Origin: Desulfocapsa sulfexigens DSM 10523
GTDB lineage: Bacteria > Desulfobacterota > Desulfobulbia > Desulfobulbales > Desulfocapsaceae
Reading direction: 5' to 3'
Assembly (NCBI RefSeq): GCF_000341395.1
Contig: NC_020304.1
Location: 2,970,001 to 3,002,000, forward strand
DNA: 32,000 nt
A program made the translations under genes and the position numbers. The notes beneath the pieces were generated by a model that ran no database searches, was not told the DNA's origin, and saw nothing but the letters and a program-made list of their open reading frames with translations. Positions 26,794 through 32,000 of this stretch are shown here, piece by piece (the first letter of the stretch is position 1; every line of letters begins with the position of its first letter).

Positions 26794-28362
26794 ATGGAAC
26801 AGATATCTATTCCAGATTTCCCTTTTTCCATTCTTGCACTTGCACCGTTTACTTCAGAAGTAAATCCTGGTGTGACCGTCAAACTTCTTGCAGTTGATCC
26901 TTTGGATATTGATCAGGCACTAACTGCGTTGATGCCATCTTTTTTTCTCTCTCTCCCAGTTGCAGAATGTCCTGCCGGTGGGCTTCATCTTCGATTCAGG
27001 AAAATGCGCGATTTCACCCCTGACGGTCTTTTGCAGAGTCAACCATATCTTGAGAATTTGCTTGCCGCTCATCGTTTCTGCCTTGAGGCTGAACAGCAAA
27101 AGAAGTCTACAGAGGTAATTATTGAAGGAGTTAAGAAGTGGCCTGATCTACCCCCGATCTCACTGACTCAGAAAAAAAAGGACGAGGAAGAAAAAAAGAG
27201 TTCCCTGGAGAGTATTTTATCCATGGTGGCTTTGCCGGAAGAAGACAGTTCAGTCAAGGGAGCCACTGCAGGAGGAACTGGATTTTATGGCGCACTGGCC
27301 CGTAAAATTCTAGACAGCATCTATACCGATCCAATATTTCGATCCCTTGAGTCCTGCTGGCAGGGTTTGCGATATCTCGGTCGCCATCTTGCTGAGGCTG
27401 GTGGTCGTTTGTCAATATTACCGATATCTCATAATAACATTGAAAAAGTCCTGGATGAACAAAGAGAAGAGATCATACTTGATCCTCCTTCTGTCATTCT
27501 TGTTGATCAGCCCTTAAGCAGTTCAGAGAGATCCGTGCAAATGATGACTCAGCTCGCTTCCTTTGGCCAGGAGATGCTTGTACCTGTGCTTACCTGGTTG
27601 GATGCTTCGTTTTTCCAGATTGAAAATTGGAAGAATCTTGATAGCCTTTCTTTTCTTCCCCACCACTTGGAAAAAGCATCCTTTGCCAGGTATAAAGGTT
27701 TGCAGAATTCCGATTTGAGTCGCTGGATAGGGTTGAGCTGCAATCGTTTTGGGACTCGTTTCCCCTATGGGCCTGAGAACCGATCACGCCTTCTTCCTTT
27801 CAGGGAAAAGGAGATGCTCTGGCTCTCTTCGGTATGGGGAGTTGCAGCTCTTATGGCTTCCCGCGTAAGGCAAACCGGATGGCCAACGGGTATGGCCTCA
27901 TCACGGCAGATCTGTCTGGAAGATTTGGCTCTTGCCCTGGAAGGTTCGGTTGAACAAAGTCCGCTTGAGGTACAATGGAGTGAAAGTCGGCTGGAACAGG
28001 TTTCCCGTTGCGGCATTATGGCGCTGGCCGGATGGAAGGGAAGGGATAGCGCTTTTCTTGCCGGTGATGTCATGGCCTCGACGGATAGTAGTTTGAGTTA
28101 TCAGACCTTGCTTTGCAGAGTGAGCCACTTTATCCTCTGGTGTCGGGACAATTGGCAGGAACCTTTGCTGGCAGATGAATTGGCTAGTCGATTGCACACT
28201 GCCTTTCAACTGTTTACCAAAAAACAGGGGGAGTATCCTGTTGGTGATTTTGGGGTGGAGTGTCACGATGATAAAGGGGCTATTCAGGTCTTGTTTCGAT
28301 GGATCCCTTCCAGGCACATTCTCCCCAGCGGACAGGAGATAGTGCTGGAGTTTGGCTGGTAA
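26794..28362 (+). CDS. Fused TssB-TssC-like type VI secretion sheath protein
   Basis: 522 aa. N-term TssB-like VKLLAVDPLDIDQALTALMPSFFLSLP...LHLRFRKMRDFTPDGLLQSQPYLENLLAAHRFCLEA. Then TssC-like DPIFRSLESCWQGLRYLGRHL, FARYKGLQNSDLSRWIGLSCNRFGTRFPYG, MALAGWKGRDSAFLAGDVMA...LLCRVSHFILWCRDNW. Confidence 0.7.
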   Translation: MEQISIPDFPFSILALAPFTSEVNPGVTVKLLAVDPLDIDQALTALMPSFFLSLPVAECPAGGLHLRFRKMRDFTPDGLLQSQPYLENLLAAHRFCLEAEQQKKSTEVIIEGVKKWPDLPPISLTQKKKDEEEKKSSLESILSMVALPEEDSSVKGATAGGTGFYGALARKILDSIYTDPIFRSLESCWQGLRYLGRHLAEAGGRLSILPISHNNIEKVLDEQREEIILDPPSVILVDQPLSSSERSVQMMTQLASFGQEMLVPVLTWLDASFFQIENWKNLDSLSFLPHHLEKASFARYKGLQNSDLSRWIGLSCNRFGTRFPYGPENRSRLLPFREKEMLWLSSVWGVAALMASRVRQTGWPTGMASSRQICLEDLALALEGSVEQSPLEVQWSESRLEQVSRCGIMALAGWKGRDSAFLAGDVMASTDSSLSYQTLLCRVSHFILWCRDNWQEPLLADELASRLHTAFQLFTKKQGEYPVGDFGVECHDDKGAIQVLFRWIPSRHILPSGQEIVLEFGW

Positions 28363-28407
28363 CCCGTTGTTCGGCTCCAGTTTTTTACCACTGAGAGTAA
28401 ATGAGAA

Positions 28408-29175
28408 TCAGCCGGCCGGGTTTCGCAACTGCTGTTGCAGAAGATCTGGCATATTGTCGATGGCATCCCTGCTGACAATTTCCTGGAAGGCAGGAATACC
28501 AGAGAGCTGGGTCACCTCGGTAATAAATTTATCAGGTGGCAGGAAGGTTGATAATGGTGTGCTGATCATAACTGCCGGAAGATTGCCAAGATCTGGTAAT
28601 TTGTAAATATCTACCTGATAGCGAAGATCTTCAAGCAAGGTCTTCAGATTTGGAAAATGTTCCAGTAGCAGAACTAGACTGAGGTGGCAGATTATGGCCT
28701 GGCGCATATCTTCAGTCTGACGAGCCTCCTTGCCACTCAGCATACCTCGCAGACGATCCAGGGGACATTCGCTCTGATAAGAAACGATGAAACGGGTAGG
28801 TGAGGTGATGGTAATGGCTTTTGCATCGCTACCATCAATGGTCAGTTCATACTGCAGCGGGGTGCATTCAAGAACATTGGAAATGGCTGGTAGCGGTGGC
28901 TGGAGTTTCCTGGGGAGTTGAAATGGTGATTCGCAGAGGGCACTGAAACTTTCCTGCAGTTCTGCAAATGCTTTGTCTGAACCATGGGTCTCCTGTTGAG
29001 AGGCACTTTTAATGTAGGTTCCGAGGAGTTTACGTGGAATGAAGAGCGGTCGCAGGGTGCTGAGATGGTCTCTCAGGCGTTGACCCAGAAAGGAGCTGAT
29101 CTTATCGGTTGCCTGTCGGAGTTCAAGGAATTCCTGGCTGTCCAGATCGGTGCGGGGAATGTTGAGTTCAGTCAT
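28408..29175 (-). CDS. Uncharacterised protein in the T6SS-like locus
   Basis: About 255 aa from the preferred start MTELNIPRTDL (track start is 29217). No confident family match by eye. Confidence 0.7.
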   Translation of the reverse strand: MTELNIPRTDLDSQEFLELRQATDKISSFLGQRLRDHLSTLRPLFIPRKLLGTYIKSASQQETHGSDKAFAELQESFSALCESPFQLPRKLQPPLPAISNVLECTPLQYELTIDGSDAKAITITSPTRFIVSYQSECPLDRLRGMLSGKEARQTEDMRQAIICHLSLVLLLEHFPNLKTLLEDLRYQVDIYKLPDLGNLPAVMISTPLSTFLPPDKFITEVTQLSGIPAFQEIVSRDAIDNMPDLLQQQLRNPAG

Positions 29176-29200
29176 AGTATTTTCTCTTTTGTGTTGTAGG

Positions 29201-29980
29201 CTATTGTAATGAAACAATAAATGCCTCGGTTTCCTCTTCAGAAGAGTAAGGGCAGAACATTATTTTTTTCGGTGACCCTGCAACCTTTAGATAATAGGAA
29301 CTGGACGAATCGATTTCATTTTGCACTCCCCAGGCCGTAAACTTTTGATCACCCATTGTTATTTCCAAGCCCTGCTGCGGGTAGTTGAGGACTGTCTTTT
29401 CAGGGAGTTGACCAGCTGGACCGACAGCGTGGAGTTTGATTTCACCATCGCTGACCCCAAAAATTGCACCCTTCCAGTTCCCTTTTAAGGGGCCCACTTC
29501 AAACCATTGACCGATGTTGGGGATGCCATAGACATCCATCCTGTACTCTGACTGGATCTTGTGCAGCGGCGTATGGACGATGGCTATCAGCTTGGCTGCG
29601 TAGGATTCGTTTGCAAGTGGTAAAATCTTTACATTGGCGAAGGGTGTAGGCAGGGTGTCTGGCTGTATAGTATCTTCTCCGATTTGGAGAATAACAATAG
29701 GAAAGTCCTGGCCCCGTTCTGCCTGCACTCCAAGAGCCAGCATTGCCAGTCCGTAACGGAAGCTTGGCTGCTGAAGACTTTCAGCTGAAGTTACTAGCAG
29801 CCACATGGAAACATTGTGATCGACCAATTGCTTACGGGGTGCTGCCCAGGCCATTTTGTCGAGGTCATCTGTAAAGAAGTGACCATCTGCAGCGAGGCCA
29901 TAGCTCTGCAGTTTGCCCATAACCGACTGAACCGTTTCCTGGGAACAGTTGAATGCACTGAGCCATATTTTTTTCTGCAT
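29201..29980 (-). CDS. Uncharacterised protein, possible TIR-like N-terminal fold plus beta-rich C-terminal domain
   Basis: About 259 aa from the preferred start MQKKIWLSAFNCSQETV (track start is 30052, inside the upstream gene). Pattern IWLSAFN...GLAADGHFFTDDLDKMAW...SMWLLVTSAESLQQPSFRYGLAMLALG. Confidence 0.65.
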   Translation of the reverse strand: MQKKIWLSAFNCSQETVQSVMGKLQSYGLAADGHFFTDDLDKMAWAAPRKQLVDHNVSMWLLVTSAESLQQPSFRYGLAMLALGVQAERGQDFPIVILQIGEDTIQPDTLPTPFANVKILPLANESYAAKLIAIVHTPLHKIQSEYRMDVYGIPNIGQWFEVGPLKGNWKGAIFGVSDGEIKLHAVGPAGQLPEKTVLNYPQQGLEITMGDQKFTAWGVQNEIDSSSSYYLKVAGSPKKIMFCPYSSEEETEAFIVSLQ

Positions 29981-29987
29981 GGTATTC

Positions 29988-31454
29988 CTATTTTGCCGCA
30001 ATAATGAGCGGATTGTCAAAATCAAAGCCAAAGAGACCGGGGTTTTCTCCAATCACTGCCGCTGAAAAAATGTAGAACACATAGTCATAGGTTTGTTCGG
30101 GTATTTTATCACGATACTGTTTAAAAAACTGCCAGAAATTACGTTCTTTTGGATTATTCGGCATATCTCTCACAAGTTGAATAACGCGGTTTTCTCCCCA
30201 GTTGTACGAGGCCATTACCAATAGCCCGGAGGCCTGAGCATCGGTATCGTAAATTTTTCGCAGGTACTTTGCTGCGGCCACGGTTGATTTGGCAAAATTA
30301 TGCCGCTCGTCAAGGGGATCTACCTTTCGTTGCTTAAAAAGGGGACCTGTTTGCAGGCCATATCGAGAGCCGGTTTCAGGAATGAATTGCCACATACCTT
30401 TGGCAATACCCCAGCGGGTTTTAGGGCCCAGGGCATTTACGTTAAAATTACTTTCCTGCAGAGCCAGATAAAAGAACTGTGGTGGGAGAAAATAATAGCG
30501 CATGGTTCTGGCAATTGGAGAAGTGTAGCCATTGTTTTCTGCGCGTTCCAGGGCGTTAACAAGACGGCTGCTTGACTGCCACTTCTTGATGTAGCGTATG
30601 ACTTCACTGGTAAAGTCAGCAGGAACAAATATTTCACATTCACCAAAAATTCTCGCAGTTTTTAGAATTGCCTCTTCCTGGGGACTGATATTTTTATAGA
30701 TCCCGAGAGTGTCGACAAATTCGCTATAGCTGTTTTCCAACTCTCTTGCCTGCTGTTTATAATATTCTACCCTGGCAATGGTAGCAGTGTCATCACTGTC
30801 TCGTGCTGTTTGAAGAACATCTGCAAACTCTACTTCCAGTCCTTTCATGGTATAGAAGATTTCAGCAGCGAGTTTTTTTTGTTTCTCAACCTGCAGATGC
30901 ATGTAGATGGCAACTGAGCCAGCAATACAAAAAAGGCAGGTAACCAGGCCAATGATGATACCATACTTTCTTTTCTGTTTTTTCTGAACCTGGGCAAAGG
31001 CACGTCTAACCATTATGGTGTGCTCACCTGCGTCCCCGTCATCCTTATCACCGAAATAATGTTCCTGATAGTGGGACATGGATCGTGGAGTTCCAGGCTT
31101 TTTAGTTTCCTGGAAAGGCTGGTCAACCGACAGTGTAAGGAGTGGCCCGTTTCTTCCCAGTTCAATCCTGGTCAGTTTTTTAATGGCAATGCGATTAACC
31201 CGGTTACCGTCAACAAAAATACCATTGGCACTATTACAGTCTTGAATCCACCAGGTGTCTGCCAGAAAAATTACCTCGGCATGGTGGCGACTGACTACCG
31301 GATCGGTAATAGCTATATCACAGTCGGGATCACGACCGACACGAAAAGAGGAGGAAAATGCGCGTTCTGCAAACTGTCCGGCTGGCCATGTTGCTGAGAC
31401 TAAAACAGCTGGAGGTGACGAATTCTGCCCGTTATTTTCCAGCCTTTGAATCAT
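29988..31454 (-). CDS. FHA domain - TM - lytic transglycosylase (SLT) fusion protein
   Basis: 488 aa. FHA SSFRVGRDPDCDIAITDPVVSRHHAEVIFLADTWWIQDCNSANGIFVDGNRV. TM YGIIIGLVTCLFCIAGSVAIYM. SLT ALQESNFNVNALGPKTRWGIAKGMWQFIPETGSRYGL...AAAKYLRKIY...VMASYNWGENRV. Confidence 0.92.
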   Translation of the reverse strand: MIQRLENNGQNSSPPAVLVSATWPAGQFAERAFSSSFRVGRDPDCDIAITDPVVSRHHAEVIFLADTWWIQDCNSANGIFVDGNRVNRIAIKKLTRIELGRNGPLLTLSVDQPFQETKKPGTPRSMSHYQEHYFGDKDDGDAGEHTIMVRRAFAQVQKKQKRKYGIIIGLVTCLFCIAGSVAIYMHLQVEKQKKLAAEIFYTMKGLEVEFADVLQTARDSDDTATIARVEYYKQQARELENSYSEFVDTLGIYKNISPQEEAILKTARIFGECEIFVPADFTSEVIRYIKKWQSSSRLVNALERAENNGYTSPIARTMRYYFLPPQFFYLALQESNFNVNALGPKTRWGIAKGMWQFIPETGSRYGLQTGPLFKQRKVDPLDERHNFAKSTVAAAKYLRKIYDTDAQASGLLVMASYNWGENRVIQLVRDMPNNPKERNFWQFFKQYRDKIPEQTYDYVFYIFSAAVIGENPGLFGFDFDNPLIIAAK

Positions 31455-31463
31455 ATCAATTGA

Positions 31464-31871
31464 TTAGGGTGCTAACAAAAGGACTTTGGTTTGGCTGGGT
31501 ACTATCCTCATACCAGGAACATTTGTACCATTCTGCAGAGTTGGACTTGTCAGCCGTGTCGCTGGTTTTCCCTGGAAAAGCACGGTAAACGATCCTGCTA
31601 GATGCCGTGAAGGCCCCATGACTCTGCCAGAGGCTACTCCCATGGAGACACCTGCATTGTCACCATTGGTCATGGGGGTGACCGTTCCCATGTTATGAGC
31701 TGGCATTCCCATGATAAGAATTTTCGTACATGCGGTACCAGGATTTGCTGTGGGTCCCATTGCAATATTCGGATAAGGAATAGGTACAGGCGCAGGTGCT
31801 GGTGGAGCAGGGGTTAAACAAACGTCAGGAAAAGCAAAATCCTGACCCATCATTTGTGAATTGGCAAACAT
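31464..31871 (-). CDS. PAAR-like / DUF4150 protein (putative T6SS spike tip)
   Basis: 135 aa. FPDVCLTPAPPAPAPVPIPYPNIAMGPTANPGTACTKILIMGMPAHNMGTVTPMTNGDNAG...VLFQGKPATRLTSPTLQN. Strong SD GAGGAGG before the ATG. Confidence 0.87.
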   Translation of the reverse strand: MFANSQMMGQDFAFPDVCLTPAPPAPAPVPIPYPNIAMGPTANPGTACTKILIMGMPAHNMGTVTPMTNGDNAGVSMGVASGRVMGPSRHLAGSFTVLFQGKPATRLTSPTLQNGTNVPGMRIVPSQTKVLLLAP

Positions 31872-31883
31872 TATTATCCTCCT

Positions 31884-32000
31884 CTAACCCATATGGATCA
31901 TTTTCCCATCAATCTTTATATTTTCTTTTGCAGTAACAACAGAATATTTGCCACGTAAGGACATCAGTCTTTCTGCATTGTAATCGATCTTACCAGCCTT
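31884..32000 (-). CDS. C-terminal end of a truncated ORF, possibly VgrG-like or another tip-associated protein
   Basis: Partial: ...KAGKIDYNAERLMSLRGKYSVVTAKENIKIDGKMIHMG*. The strand-like repeat pattern ending in IKIDGK is compatible with a T6SS spike tail. Runs off the window. Confidence 0.4.
   Translation of the reverse strand, partial: KAGKIDYNAERLMSLRGKYSVVTAKENIKIDGKMIHMG

Noticed and set aside
27901-28317. 138 aa minus-strand ORF opposite the TssBC-like gene
   Set aside because: Low-complexity-like composition, no recognisable domain, fully within the supported plus-strand gene.
29981-30052. Upstream start used in the ORF track for the 29201..30052 minus-strand ORF
   Set aside because: It would extend 65 nt into the transglycosylase coding region. 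The internal Met (MQKKIW, start at 29980) lies just after the transglycosylase stop and fits an operon better.

Overview
This window looks like a chromosomal segment from a Gram-negative, possibly sulfate-reducing deltaproteobacterium; the taxon is inferred from overall gene flavour only. The left part (0.2-11 kb) is mostly housekeeping and metabolic: argJ, an orphan ParA-like ATPase, an MFS transporter, a small 4-Cys protein, avtA, a secreted protein with about 21 MORN repeats, a DUF4177-like protein, and a tight M20 amidohydrolase / YbdK-type ligase / gamma-glutamyltransferase cluster. At 11.4-11.8 kb there is a convincing cobalamin riboswitch with an intrinsic terminator. The only gene visible downstream is a 30-codon ORF with a good ribosome binding site, followed by a strong hairpin. 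From 11.9 to 16.3 kb is an iron region: feoB, a Cys-rich FeoB-associated peptide missing from the ORF track, a Cys-rich FeoA variant, a CDF transporter with a NifX-like tail, and a second feoA. From 16.7 kb to the right edge is the most interesting region, a Ser/Thr phosphorylation and FHA locus connected to type VI secretion-like parts. It contains an FHA-EAL protein, three CsgG/FlgO-like proteins (one with a cysteine-free thioredoxin-like domain), a PEGA-domain Ser/Thr kinase, a trypsin-like protease, a PP2C phosphatase, a tail-anchored double-FHA protein, a fused TssB-TssC-like sheath protein, two uncharacterised proteins, an FHA-TM-lytic transglycosylase fusion and a PAAR-like (DUF4150) protein. 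No CRISPR array, tRNA, rRNA or transposase was recognised.
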